A stretch of 64,000 nt of DNA from Lama glama (Eukaryota): contig CM052816.1 of the NCBI GenBank assembly GCA_028534125.1, positions 40,116,001 through 40,180,000 of the forward strand. The letters run 5' to 3'. How positions within the stretch are numbered: position 1 is the first letter of the stretch; every line of letters begins with the position of its first letter. The translations under genes and the position numbers were made by a program. The notes under the pieces are model-generated. The model was not told where the DNA came from. It saw nothing but the letters and a program-made list of their open reading frames with translations, and ran no database searches. Of this stretch, positions 12,492 through 26,689 are shown piece by piece.

Positions 12492-15397
12492 TCCACTACA
12501 TTTTGAAAAGAGGATTTTCAACTAGTATAAATGTCTGGTTCCCTGGTTTTCTCTCTGGTCAAAATACTCTTCAGAGAACTAGAGTTCTGGAAATGCAGAG
12601 TCCTGATGAAATATTGAGAGGAAATGAAATAAACTATTCTTCTGATAAGGATTTGTTGATTCTGCCAAATTACATTTTATGTAAATTATATGAATTAACA
12701 TTTTATTTTGACCTTAATATAATCAATTTAAGTTAAGCCTTACTGGCAATTCAGTTTCAGGGAAAGCTAATCTACAAGCTATGAATTAGTCAAATACTCT
12801 TTTGTTCGTTTTTTTCTTAATCTACATAAGACAGATACACCTTAATTCTATAGCTACAAACTGCACATTTATTTATACATTGATAGTGATGGGCAAATAA
12901 TATTATTTCATATCATAACCCTTTGCTAGGCCTAAAAAACCCTTTTAATGTCCAAAATTCCATCACTGCCCTGCACTCCCAGAGCCTGTCGCTGACCTGA
13001 TAATTCTAGCCATAAGAAAAGCAACCATAATGAGTGATTTCAGCTTTCTTTAAGGTCTGTGAGACTAAAAATAATAGGCAGTTGGTCTAGATTACAAAAC
13101 TAAGAATTAAGAATATTTAAACACTTAATTTGGGAACTCCATATACTACAGACAGAATTTAATAACCAAAATGTGAATTATCCAAGATAGTTGTCAATGC
13201 ACTTTTTCGTCTCTGCTCATTACTACACTCCAACATCACCAACTTAGAAAGTTTAATGTTAATATTATACAGAATTTAGGTCGATTTTATAGACCATCCT
13301 CAAAAGCATTTTTAAACCTTGTCCTGTTTTGAAAACCATGGAATCGCGTGCCTTCTTTATTATACTTGGAATTTCAAAATAAATAGTATGACTTAAGCCC
13401 AATCAAAATAACTATAATTTTTATTAATCTTTTGCTTCTACTTCACTCCAGAAATCTACCTGTCTCCTCTTCTCTGGTGAATAACCAATGGTTCTAGTAA
13501 ACTGGATGAAGATCATATTTACCAAGTCTCTTATGTAGGCAACCACTTTGAAGAACCCACCAGATGTATTTTCGTATTTAATTGAGGAACACTCCAGAAT
13601 GGCCTAGGTTGGCTTCTTTTTTTTTTTTCTCTTAAGACTAATTTAATGTTCCTCAGATACATCACTCGGTCCCTGAGTTTGAGTTTGCTTTCATACACCA
13701 TTGTTAGGCCAAAGGCAAAAAGGATCGTTCTCGTGCCTGTGCAAAATGAAGGACTCTCTGGACAGCTCTTCCAAGGTGCCCAGGAATTTTAATGCTTTGC
13801 AGCCTTTTTGGTAGTGCATTTCATTTATCCTCTTTATTATTAAGATAGCAACTGAGAAATTTCAGAGGTGTTTTATTAGTTAAGCAAGACCATTAGAGAT
13901 TCAGTGTGAGATTTCTCAATATTTTAAGCTGATCACTTTTATTCCAAAGTTTAAATGTGATTTATTCTCCAGTAGTGTAAACTCCCTTTCTGAACCTGCA
14001 CATTCCCCAGATTCATCTCTTGCTTTCTGCACTCTATGCATGTTTCATGTGTTAAGGAAGTTCAAATGAAATTCAAGTCAGCATACAAAATAATATCACA
14101 TGAATATAGTAACACAAAGAGAAGCAGATGGTCAAGAATACTATACACATGCTTTGTAAGCCAACTCCCACAGATTGCTTGTCTTCAGATTTTTTTTTTC
14201 CCAAGTAGAATCAATCATCAGACAAGTAATTTGTGATGCTTTATTATGGAAATATTCCTCTTGAACAACAACAACAACAAAAAGCCATTTCAATTACATT
14301 TTCATTTTAAAGAAAGTTATGTTTCACCCTCTTGATAAGTTTATTGTTATGAAGTCTGAGCTAATTATCTCCATCAACTTATATTCTTATTCAAAGAGTC
14401 TAGAAAAAAGTTTTGTGACTCTCATTCCTGAATTTCTATTATATCAGTATAGCTAAAGGAAAACAAATGATATGAAATAATGTTTGTCTTAGGCAGTGCC
14501 TTTAAATTTATGTGAATTTCATGATTGCTATATTCAGTTGAATTGCATAGTTCATATTCTAGAAGGAAATCTAATGATCATTTCTCCCTGCCTCTTAAAA
14601 TTTATCAAGTTTAAAAGAAGTAACTATCGGGTATTTTGTTTGTTTGTTTTTTCATTTGTTTTGTTTTGTTTTGCTAGATGATTTTTAAGCCCTCATTGTG
14701 TGCAGGCAATAATTCAACAAGTTCTTTAAACGAACAAAAACTAGAACTAAACTGAGCTCAGATTCACTAGTCGAGTTGAGTGTTATATAGGCACATGCAC
14801 AGGTAATCTAATACAGTTGCATCAACATAATATATTCAATTTTATTTGTGTATGAATTCATAATTCACAGTGAACTCTTACTTGTATCATATTATTCAGT
14901 TTCTCCAATATCCCCAAAGGTAAGATGTTTTAGCTCAGATTTACAGATCAGGAAACTGAAGTGCAGACATGATCAAGGAAGGACCAAGTCTCACAAAGCA
15001 AGTTCTCATTTGAGCAGAGCTCACTCTGATAACTGACTCCATTCTACGTCCGAGGATTTTCCATGTCCCGAAGCTTCTCGGTTGTACAACACAATAAGGC
15101 CAATTTCATACTTGCTTCCCTGTTATTTTTTCCATTTCTTATTTTGAGAAATGTTACAATATTAAAGAGACAGTTCATACAGTTGTTGTATATAATAGAT
15201 GATATGGATTGATTGATAAATAGATGATAGATATCTAAGTTTTAAAATCTATTTGTTGTTTAGTTTCTGTAGGGTTATAATTCCCTATTCTTTAATTCTT
15301 GAGAGTTGTGAACAAGTTATAACATTAAAGGAAACTGATACATTTAACTTAGGAATTTATCTCCTTACCAAAGTAAGGAAAAAATGCTCAATGTTAC

Positions 15398-17056
15398 TTT
15401 TTTTTAATATAATAGCTTTATTGCTACATAATTCACATACTATGTAATACACTCTTTAAAAGTATACAGTTAAATCAGTATGTTGACAGAGTTGGGCGAC
15501 TATTAACCACAGTCAATTTTGGAACATATTCTTCACCCAAAAAGAAACCCCAGACACATGAGCTGTCACTCCTGATTTCCCCCTCAGCCCCTGGCTCGAG
15601 CTCTTGGCAATGCTTGTCTACTTCCATCCCGGTGAATTACTCTGTTCCAGGCATTTCACATAAATGAATCAGGTAATCTTTGCTCTTGTGTAACTGGCTC
15701 CTTTCACTTATGATAATGTCTTCAAGGTTCATCCTTGTAGCATGTATTAGTGTTTCATTTTAATTGTCATGTAATAGTCCATTGTATGGATATACCCATA
15801 TTTTACTTATCCATTAATCATTTGATGAAAATGTGAGTTTTCACTTTTCAGCTATAATGAATAATGTCACTATAAATATCTGTGTACAAGTTTTTGTATT
15901 ACCATGTTTTCGGTTCTTTTGAGTATTACCAAAGAGAAACAGCCAGGCACTGGCCAAAAGTGATAAAGACAGATTTTATTCAGAAACTATTGCAATAGGG
16001 GAAAAGAGACTTCAGTATAGAACTGACCTCAATTCTGAATACAGCAAAAATAAGTCAAGATTTCTGGCCAAAGAGGGGAGTAGGGGTGGGAAATTCTAAG
16101 AGAAGACATCAAGGCAGGGAGAGGTGGGTGGTGGAGATTCCTGCCTGCACAGTTAACAAGATTCTGCTAAAGCTAGGCCCAAGGCTTGGGCATCAAAGTT
16201 GGGGTATGAGAAATCTGATCAGATGTCGAGTGGTCAAATAACAAGGGTAGAGGGAGTTTCACCAAACTAACTTGGCAGGATTCTTCCTAAAACTAGACTC
16301 AGAGAAGATGGACACAGAAGGCCAAAGTAGAGGCCTGGTTGAGAGAAGGGCTCAGAGATGCCTAAATAAAGTTTGGTTGAGTAGAGAATCGTGTACCCAG
16401 GTGTGCAGTGGCTGCGTCATATGATAACTCGATGTTTAGCCTTTCGAGGGTCTTCCGGACTTTCCAGAGAGGCAACTCCATCTTACTCTCATACACAAGC
16501 ACCAGCAACGCATGAGGTTCAGTTATTCTCATCCTCACCTGCACATTATGAGTTGTCTTTTTTATTATAACCATTCTGTGTGGTGCAAAAATTATCTCAC
16601 ATTTCCCTACTGCATAGTGATGTTTACTGTCTTTTCCTGTGGCAATTTGTATATCTTCTTTGGGAAAAAATGTCTACTTCTTTGCCCAGTTTTTAAGCTG
16701 AGGTTTTTTGACTATTTATTATTGAGTTATGGAAGTTATTTATGTATTTTAGGTGCCAAGTCTCTTATCAGATACATGATTTGCAAATATTTTCTCCCAT
16801 TCTGTTTTTTTTTTTACTTTGATAGCCTTTGAAGCATAAAAAATTTTTAATTTGATAAAGTTCAATTTATTTTTTGTTTTGTCTCTTGACCTTTTTGGTG
16901 TCATACCTAAGAAGGCTTTGTCTAAGGTCATGGTATGTTACTCCTGTATTTCTTCTAAGAGTTTTAGAGTTTAGCTCTTAAATTTAGGTCTGTGATCCTT
17001 TTTGAATTGTTTCTTGCATATGGTGTGGTGGAAGGGTCCAACTTTTTTGTTTCCAG
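15398..17056 (-). mobile_element. Old L1M-type LINE (3'UTR plus ORF2 end) interrupted by an LTR
   Basis: Typical reverse L1 text such as TTCAAGGTTCATCCTTGTAGCATG, TCCATTGTATGGATATAC and GATTTGCAAATATTTTCTCCCATTCTGT. Minus-strand ORF 16749-16931 (KLNFIKLKIFYASK...TEWEKIFANHVSDKRL) is a decayed L1 ORF2 C-terminal segment. Confidence 0.85.
15924..16392 (-). mobile_element. Solo LTR (ERV1-like) inserted inside the L1
   Basis: The L1 phrase TTCTTTTGAGTA...TACCCAGG...GCTGCGTCATATGATAACTC is split by ~470 bp of purine-rich LTR-like sequence with TTTATT near its left end (AATAAA on the minus strand). Confidence 0.6.
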
Positions 17057-19881
17057 TGTTGCATTTTAACTGAATGTTATGACAAACATCAAAATAGGGG
17101 CCAGTCTCAGGCATCGTATAGTTTGTTACACAGGAGCCTGATTTTGTAGTACTTTTTTCACTTTCATACTTTCCCATTGCAAAGAATAGTATTTACATAG
17201 TGTAAGTGTCTTTACAGCTGGATTTCTGATAGTTTTACTTCCTCAGAAGAACAAGATATTTTTTAAAAATATCTACTAAAGGTCTTCCATTTAGCAACTA
17301 TTTAATAAATGTGATTTTATAAATTAAGTGATTCTACCTACAAATGTGTTGAAGGGATCAGCATTAAGTGAGACTAAAAAAGAAAAGGGAGGAAAATTAG
17401 CATTGATTCCATTAGATTGGACTTTGGTCAACTAGAGATTGGCGTCTAGAGGGAAAATTACTTATCACCCTAGTCCTTCATAGGTTTAAAAATAAAATTT
17501 TTAAATTATCTCCTAGTTAATCTTGTTGAACAGAATTACAGCAGTGGTATTTCTAGTGACAAGTAGCTTTAAGCATATGATGCAGATCCCAAAGCCTGCA
17601 TCCGTGGCATTGCCGCGGCAACATTCTTTCATGGGGCTTTTCTCTCTTTCTTAGCTTAAATGCTCATAGAAAGCCCTTTATTGAGGGATAAATTCATGCC
17701 AAGAACAAGGCAGCTTTCTAAATGGGCAGTCTCTTCAGCATCACACACTTCATGACAGGAATAAAAATATAGAATAATGATCTATATTAGACTAACTTCC
17801 CCAACTGTTACTGTTTTGATACTTGCTGGGAAATTTTTAAAGAACTTCTTTGAGCTTGCTTGTAACTGTCTTGATTCTGTTCCTTCACTGGGCTTTGATA
17901 AGAACTTTGATCTGTGGCTGATGTTGTTTGTACACTTTGCTAGCAAGCATTTTTCATTATTGAATGTATCATAGATCACATTGTTATTGAATGCATTGTA
18001 GATCACATTTGCTGATCCTTACTCCTCTTGAAATAGATTTTAGCACATCTCCTATCTAGAAGGTTAATGTAACCGGACGTATTGATGTAAACTGGGCATA
18101 TCCATTTGTAAATAGTCCAGATGAAGCTAAAAGAAGATCATCAGGCCATTAGAAGAGTTATTTACACTTTGTTACCATAGTAATGTGGACTTTTATTGAG
18201 AAACTGTCCTTATGTTGACTGGAGAATGTGAAAGTATAATCTCTAAGTGCCTCCTTAGAATAAATGTTTATGCAAAGGAAAACATTTCATGAATAAAACA
18301 CTGCTGTCATTTTAATCTTCCAATAGCTAAGCCATTTATGCTAAGCATTAGGATTCCCTGCTCTACTTACTTTTAATTCTACTTCCTTTTCCTTTAAGAC
18401 TCCATGTCTTATAATAAATGATTATACTGCTTCCTTTTAATCTTACTAGGATAAATATAAGATTTCAGTATTTTTTAATTTTAAAAAATCAACCTGATCT
18501 CATAAAAAGGATCATTCACGAAGCACTTTAGCATAACCTCATTTAACTCCTTCATCATGCTTCAAAGGACCACCCCCTTCTGTGTTTCCAGTATTTCACC
18601 TTCCGGACGTCACCACTCCCTCGTTCTGGCAGTTTAGATTGTAAATTTCAGTTGTCTTTCAGAATTCAATTGGATTAAAAGAGAAACTCATTAAAACCTG
18701 TGGCATTATGTCTACTTTATTTTTTGCCATAATCACCATGCACTAGTTCAGGCTTTTAAGCATTATCTTTGAAAGGCCCTCAAAGATATTTTATTAAATA
18801 CAAGTGGAATCCATCTATAATTATTTCTTTTAAGTCTCTTTCATCAGTATCTGATCAGCATATGATGCAGTTTTGGAGTGATCTATCTAAATTCCATCCT
18901 GGTTTCTGACATGGTAAATAAAAGTATTCCCTCTTTATTTTTGTTTAAGTTTTCTCACTTCTCAGCAAGGTTTCATTTTTCCTATGATATCACTTTCTTC
19001 CATTAGCTTTATCTTTGAAATTATGATGGATAATTTTATAATTTTTAGGTAACAATCAATTTATTACGATTTTTGAAAGTGGAGAAACATCTTACGCTCT
19101 CTAATTACAAGTATTACAGGAAACCAGAAATGATGTTAAGTTTTTCAGCAGGGATGATTTTTATCAAACAGCTCTGTCATGTTATTGAAGGGAAAGGCTG
19201 CATATTATGTCAATGCATTATTAAAGTGGGAGTAGTTAATAGATACAAGCAAAATGTAAAGATCCGACTACTGCAGTTAGGTGGACACTCATGTTCTTCC
19301 ATCTAAATTCAGATTACTTGTGACCTTTTATAAAGGAGGGTTGTAGGTGTAGTAGAAACCATATTAAGAATCTCATTTTATTGGTAAGCAAACTGAGGCT
19401 GAATGAGTTTAAGTGATTTGTCCAAGACCACGTAGTTAGCTCAAGGTAAAGCAAAGCTAGGACTCCAGCTTTTCCAGTGCTTTCCCACTGTTGAATGTTG
19501 TCACTAAGAGGTTGTCACATCATGAGTATGCTCCATCTTATTAGCACTACAAACCTCTAAGATGCCAGCAAGAACAAATTAAGGAAGCACTCATGATGTA
19601 CCTACTGTGTACCCAGCACTGAGCTAGAAATTATGAGATAAAAAGAGAAGCAACGGTCACCTCTATTTTCATTATGTAATGATGTTAAACTTCTCTGTTA
19701 GTAAGAAGTGACACCATCTTTACAAAGGTGCAACTTATACCCCCATCTTCTCTCCTTGCAAATAACATGTATATGAACAACTACCTGGGAATCTTTCTAA
19801 GGCAGAGTTCTTTAATGTTGAATTTTATCATGCAAACCGAAAGGAGCTACAAGTCAGGAGGAATATTTTCTGTCTCGTCTA

Positions 19882-20085
19882 CAGTGTACTGACGCTGGCT
19901 TGTACTGGCTTGCAAGAGCTGGTTTTGCCATCTCTCCTCAGCTCAGTGCTCATTGGTATCAGGTTAATAACTTGAAATCAGCTGTGATGGGAGTAGCTAT
20001 ACCACAGAAATTGATGAATGCTATGATTCACAGCCCTCTGTCCCCTAGCCAGTGTCTGCGTTAAAACAGCCACCAGCACACCAGA
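19882..20085. mobile_element. MER63-like hAT DNA transposon remnant
   Basis: CAGTG...GCTGGCTTGTACTGGCTTGCAAGAGC...TTGAAATCAGC...GGGAGTA...ACCACAGAAATTG...CCAGCACACCA resembles the MER63 consensus (recall). Confidence 0.6.
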
Positions 20086-21139
20086 GCAGGACATCAGCAT
20101 TAGCTAGCAGAGTTGGGCAAATTATCTTACTTCTAGAGCTATTAACTGCACCCTCTGTGAAATAGAGATGGTAATATGTACTATAGCATATATTACAGGA
20201 GTCTGTAAGACTCATGTGACAATACTTTGAAACTGTGAGTGTGAAGTGGAATTACTACTATCACAATAATGAGAATCCTATGGTCACTAATAAAATCTGG
20301 CTCTTGACAAAACCGGTGGAGTATACGTAGATTTAGAGTTTCTTCACACTGTATCCACACTCAACCTGACTATGTATCTAGCCAGATAAAAATATGAGTG
20401 AAATTCAGAGTTAGGGTCAAAGCCTAATTCCTACAATGGAAGTCAAGTGACATAAATAGGTACCATACAGAATGTAGAGATTATTAGGACTAAAGTAGTA
20501 TCTGTATTCCTTTTTCCATGTCATGAGTCCTCTGTGCCTCTGATGAATTAGGCTTGAGGGTGGATAAAACATTTTCTAAATGTATACTACGGAGGGCCTC
20601 GGCAGAAAGAATTTTCTGTTTTCCTTTTATCAACTGACCAGTACAGAGATCTGTGTACAAAGGGCGCACAGAAAAAAAAAACTATTGATAGATTGACCTC
20701 TTATGGTTGCAAGTTCCTGCTTTCGTTTTAATGACACTTCAAAATAGTTTAAGAAACCTTGTTCAAACCTGCATGGAAATCCCTACCCTTTGATTCACTG
20801 TCACTGCCTTTGGCATTTGCAATGTGGTTAAGTAAGTTACATATTGAAACTACAAAATTATCTTCTGATTTCAAACACTTTTGAGAGCGTTCATGGGAAA
20901 AATGGGTCCTTTATTCTGGTCAGCTCTTATTTCCCTTGGAAAAAAACAAAAAGCCAAAAATCTCCATGTGTAAAACACATCACTGTTGACACCAGACTGT
21001 TGATCACCAAAACGCCATATGGATGTTTATTTTTCCCTGTGTGAACTCTATATTGAAAATAGTCCCAAGGACTTGCTATTCCAAGCTACATCATATGAAA
21101 AAGCTAAGAAATCCAATTCTTTGCTAGTTAAAATTGAAA

Positions 21140-21365
21140 TCATCATAGCCAGGTGTAAGTGGGTTTGAATCCTGGTCTTGTCACTTATAATTTCTGTGGC
21201 TTTAATCTGGTGTTTAACCTTCCCAAGCCTTGGTGTACTCATGTGTGAAATAACACCTATTCATAAGTTTATGGTGAAGATTAAATGAAAAATTCTACAT
21301 ATGTAGAGCTCTTAACACTGTCTCTGGATCATTATAAATACTCAATAAATTATTATTATTATTAT
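21140..21365 (+). mobile_element. MIR SINE
   Basis: GGGTTTGAATCCTGGTC...TTAACCTTCCCAAGCCT...GTGAAGATTAAATGA...ACTCAATAAATTATTATT. Confidence 0.75.
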
Positions 21366-22597
21366 TGCTGCCTTTTAATACATTGCTTATGTTTTTACTC
21401 CCGGATTTACTCCTAGCTTGCCAGGACACATTAACTGCCCCTTTGTTTCCTCGCATGAGAAGTAGGTGTAAAACCTGTCACTTTTGCTTCTCTGGAATAA
21501 TATAAGGATTAATTCATGGTGGACTGAATCATTCTCAGTGAGGATAGTGCTGGAAGTTCTATTTTGTTTTTAAGAAATTATCACCAACTCTAGTTTTGTG
21601 ACAAGACAAGCCATCTCATAATCTTAAAAGGTATCATGAATTTTACCAAAACATTTTTAAAACAAAATTAAGTTTTATACACTTTAGAGAATGAATTCAT
21701 GTAGCGTACTATACTGCAGTCTGGGAACATAATGAAAGGATGATTTAAACAGTTGAAAATAAAACTTCATGTGCTCAAGGATGATTGCTTTAAATTTTGT
21801 ATATTATAACACATACATATATACTCCTCTGAAGAATGAACCAACATATTGGCCAATATGGAGGACAGAACCCCAGAAATTCATATATAATATTCAGGTA
21901 TTATAAAAGAATTAGTTTGGGGTATGGAATGTTGAACTGGGAAGATGCAGACATCTTCTGCAAAGATGTAGTATAGAAAGCTAATTCTTCTACAATATCT
22001 CAAATTCCTGTAGATATTTTATAACCAGAATGCATGTTATTTACCTTTAACAGAATCTTCCTTTGGTGCTAAGCACAAAGCTTAGTTGTGGGAATATAAA
22101 TATGAGAGGAGGAAGAGAGAAGACTCCTGAGAACTCAGTGCACAAACACTCGTTGCTCTGGACTCTGGCTCACGTTCCAGAGCAAGTAATCTCTGGACTC
22201 ATGAGTGGAAACTTTGCATATAGTATGATAGTAAGTTAGAACTGTTGACACGGTGGAATTCCATACTCTGTATTCAAATTCTTCTAGAAATTTTCATGGT
22301 CGATTTTAGGGAGAATAATAATATTTTAAGAGGAAATATATTACTTCTAAACTTCTAGGCTTCTTTATTTAAACACATACAAATTAATATTCATTGTTTT
22401 CCAATATGTTGAGTGTGAGCTGTCATCAGTATATTAAAGACTGCTATTGAATGTAATATTTTTTGCTTTTATTTCTAAAACATTGGTTTCCTGAAATAAT
22501 CATGTATTTTGGCTCATCAGGTGATTATTATCTAATTTATTATGAGATAAAATCTAACACATTGCCAGCTTTAAAATCAAGAAGCATCTATTAAGTA

Positions 22598-23074
22598 TGT
22601 TAACCAAAGTTTTAGAAACAGAGACCTGATTGAAAGGAAAAAAGTGTTTATTTGGGATTTGTTAGGACTGCAGCCTGGGAGACACATATTCAAGAAATAC
22701 TGGAATTGTGTTCCACAGGATTATAAAATGGGGGAGGCTAGTAAAGGCAAAAACCATAGGTTACAGTTAGTTACATGAGTTGTCTTTCAATAATTATAAT
22801 TGGAGCTGGCAAGAAATAAGGATGATTGTTAAGATTGGTTGGAGCCCGAAGTGGTTGCGTAGTTACAAGGGGAGATCTTGAAAGCATGAGGCTGCAGCTG
22901 GCAGGTGTTGTTCTGAATACGGCTGGTGGTATGCTCGGGTCTGGTACAGTTCAAACAGAGTTCAGGTTCTCAGTGGTGCAGAGGTGTGTCTGAGACGAGA
23001 TCCTCAGTGGCCGCACTGACTCCATTTTGTGTGCCTGACTGTTGTTACTCCATGATGATGTCAGTTTGTTATCA
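22598..23074 (-). mobile_element. Solo LTR (ERV1-like)
   Basis: TG...CA bounded ~480 bp block with TTTATT near the left end and a GACTCCATTTTG motif near the right end, typical of ERV1 LTRs read in reverse. Confidence 0.55.
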
Positions 23075-26000
23075 GGTCCCTTCTTTGCTTTGCAGTATGT
23101 TAAAAACTGAAACAAGGTAAAGGGAACAGAGTGGGGAGGAGGAAGCAGAGCGGGAGCAAGAGAGTTTCACTCAATTTCAGGGAGCTTGCAGTTTCGTGGA
23201 GAGAAGATTTGAAACAGCAATAGAATCTTATAGACAGAGGAAGCCCCAAAGCCAGTCAGATGGTTTTGTTTCTCAACTAAAGAAACATGCCATTGAGGTG
23301 AAATGACATGACCACAGTTGTCCAGCCGATATGTAGTTACAGAAGGCACCAGGAGAAAGTAGGTTGTGGAGTGGACTGGTGAATGGGTTGTGTGGGATGT
23401 GTTGAAATTCAATTACTGTTACTTCCTACGTGTCAAGCTTTATGCTATGTTCTTACATACTTAGTATCTCTTTTACTTTATCATAACAATCTTGTATGCT
23501 AGATATTACTAGCCAAGGTCCAAGGAAGTGAAGTAGCTTTCCTGAGTACTCATAAGCATTATATTATAGGTTCACACCCACATCTTGTGGCCATAAATAT
23601 GGCCTTCTGTAGCACACTGGTTTGGTGAGTAAAGGCATTCCAAGTGTGGAGTTAGTTTGAAATAAGAAATGGGGCTGATATGTTGGATGAAGAGTCGGTA
23701 AGACACCTTGCTTAGTAGGAACAAAGCTTCCCTGCTGGGAAGTAGTGAGATTTATGGAGAGTATTGCATCTATAAAAGTCAGAAATGTTCAAAAACTTAC
23801 ATATCAAACGCAGAGTGAGTTTGTTTCATACAGCAAGACAAAGTATTAGAGCATCAAAGCAGAAGGGAAGGGAGGGGAGAGAGAATTAATAATACCTGAA
23901 ATAAAACAGCCTAGCTGATGAAAAACGTTCTATGTATGTCTCTGAATGATTGTAATATATATGAAGATCCAAACAGCTAGGGAAACAAACAAATGCAGGA
24001 CATTACGACAATAATTCTTTCTATGTGATTGGACTATAGGTAATATTTTTCTTCCTCATTCGTTTCTTTTTTCCTTCATATCTTCTGCAGGAAACCTGCA
24101 TTGATTTTATAATTTTAAAAAAAATCAGTTTCTGTAAAAAGGAATACATACATGGAAACTGGATTATTTGCTCAATTGAAAACATTGCTAAATTTTAAAC
24201 TAGAACAGATACGAATTTGAGATAAAAATTAGGGCAGCTTGTGCTGAATTAGAGCATGAATAGTTCATTATTTTATCAATGCCTTATTTTCCTTTTATTT
24301 TCCTGATTCGGATAAAAAACTTAATAGTCTGTTTTTGATCAACCTTCACAAGAAATTTGTAGTTTTTTAACTGTCCGCTTTTTAGATAAAACCAAATACT
24401 TTCAGATACTTAAAATTATACTATGTTCTTGTTCAAATACTGAAACTTGATACTGCAGGTTGGCCTAAACAATTTCAAACCTAACATTAGATTTGTAGTA
24501 AGCACATAGAAAACTCTTACTGATTGTGTTCAGATCCACTCCTATGTCTTTTAACACAAAATGTTACTGCTTGTGGCCTTAGTTCTTGACAGGCTTTAAG
24601 GTTTTGTTTCAATTTATCTGTTACATGTTGATGCCATTTATTAAGGCCTGCTTTCCTGTGATTTCTTCTTAGAAATTATTAAGATAAGAGGCATTTATTT
24701 TGCATTGTTTCTCCAAAAATATCCTGACAAATGAGTAGCTTAATTGTCTTTGAAATTATTCGAATTGTTCAAAGTCAAACATCACAAAGCTTGTTTATAA
24801 TGTGATCTTATATATAATGTGACCTCATATTATTTTCTCCTACCTATTTTTTTCCCTCATTTGAGAAATAAGATAATTCAGCATGACCTTCATGCTGCCA
24901 AACTATTCCCAATAAGTGACATTCTTTGATGGAAATAACCATTTTCTTGGCGGAGTTTGAACTTGCTTCACCCACATTTATAACATTTATAAATAAATAT
25001 ACTTTTTATAAACATTTATAAATAAATGTACTCTTTAAAGGAACCCACTGCATCAGCTGACATTTGTAACCACACACAGATCATGCTCACAGAACTTTTC
25101 TATAATAATCATTTCATGTTAAGAACACCTGCTTTCTCAGAGCTGCGCGAGCTTCAGGCTGTTTCTTCAGTGCCTTCAATCTGTAGATTAACTATGCTCC
25201 ATGCACGAAATCTCTGTGGTTTCTTCATGATGTGAGCAATATACGTGCTACAGTTTTTGCCCATACTTTTGAGTTATGAGGAAATTCATACATGTTCTTC
25301 TCTGAAAATTCCTTATGAATCTTCTTTCCTGAGAATATGCTTTCTCAAAACACTTGTGATAACAAAAGTTCTGCAATACACTTCACCTGGTGCACAACAT
25401 TCAGCACATGGCCTTCACCCAACAAGCAAAACTGAAAATATGAATGGTCAATCCTGGTTCAAAGGTAGGAGGAAAAAGAAGACAAAGAGGGAAAAGAAGA
25501 CAAAGGGAAAAAAAAAAACACAGGAGTAATAACAGATAAGTGTATTTTCCCTGTTTTGGATGTTTGTAATGAGGTTTGAAAGTCCAATATTTCTTTAACC
25601 AAAAGAATTAAAACAAAATTTTGTTCTTTTCATATTCAGTATTCTAGATGTATTTGATCTACCTTGGAAAGCTTCAAAAATTATTTTTTAAAAGAAAAAG
25701 GAAATAATATTATGTGAAATCTAAGGCAAATGTTTAAACACAGCAACAACCAGAATCTAATGATCTCATATTTGGATGGCTGGGTATATATTTCCCTACA
25801 TAGGAGATAATAATAAAAACAAAAATTAAAAAACCAAGCAATTTATTAACTTTATTTATAATTGGACAGCTTTGAAAGTAAGAGAAGATCCATATTCTTC
25901 CTCTTTTAGCTTATTCCACATAAGATAATGAATATGCCAAGAAGTGTTGGAAACCTCCTTCCCTGCCAGAGGTGATGATTAACTTATGAGTGTGCATGCT

Positions 26001-26689
26001 TTTCAGATGAACAAAGTTTGGCAACAATGGTGGATCAGACATTTTGGAATATTTTATTGCCTCTTAAAATGAGTACTATAAAATACATATCAGCATTGAA
26101 ATATATTTTACCTATTGAACAAAGTTTTAAACTGTGTAAATGGTAAACTATTTACAAATATTTGTTTTATGTTGTTCTGTGGGTTGAGGCTATATTCTTA
26201 ATTAGCTGTAGTAAAATGTGACTTGGAAATTGGAGTTGAGTAAGTCAGTTAATATAATACAGGCAAAGCATTTATTTGTTTAAGTTTTTAATTGATATAT
26301 TAAAGAATTTGAAAAACTATAGTCGTAGTTTCAATCCTTCTGTCCTGGGAAAATTACTTAATCACTGCCCAATTACTGTGCCTTTTGCAGTCATATTTAA
26401 CCCTTTCCGAGGAGATTCTACTATGTAAAATGTTTGCTGCTAGTTCATTTTGTATATAAGATTCCACAGTCATATTTACCTACATTCCAGGTCCCCTGGC
26501 TATTCATATGACCTCAAAAATAAGCAAGAAAATAAAGGGTAAGAAAGCTAAAATAAATGTATTCAATTTTCTAAATGCTTAAGGAATGTATTATTTCTTC
26601 AGCAATCTTTTGAATGTCATTCATAAACTTACTTCTCAAATTTTATTTACTTTATACGTAGTAGATTTGCTACAGGGTATGTTGAGTGT

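Noticed and set aside
16512..16931. ORFs resembling protein fragments
   Set aside because: Decayed L1 ORF2/3'UTR sequence, not host genes.
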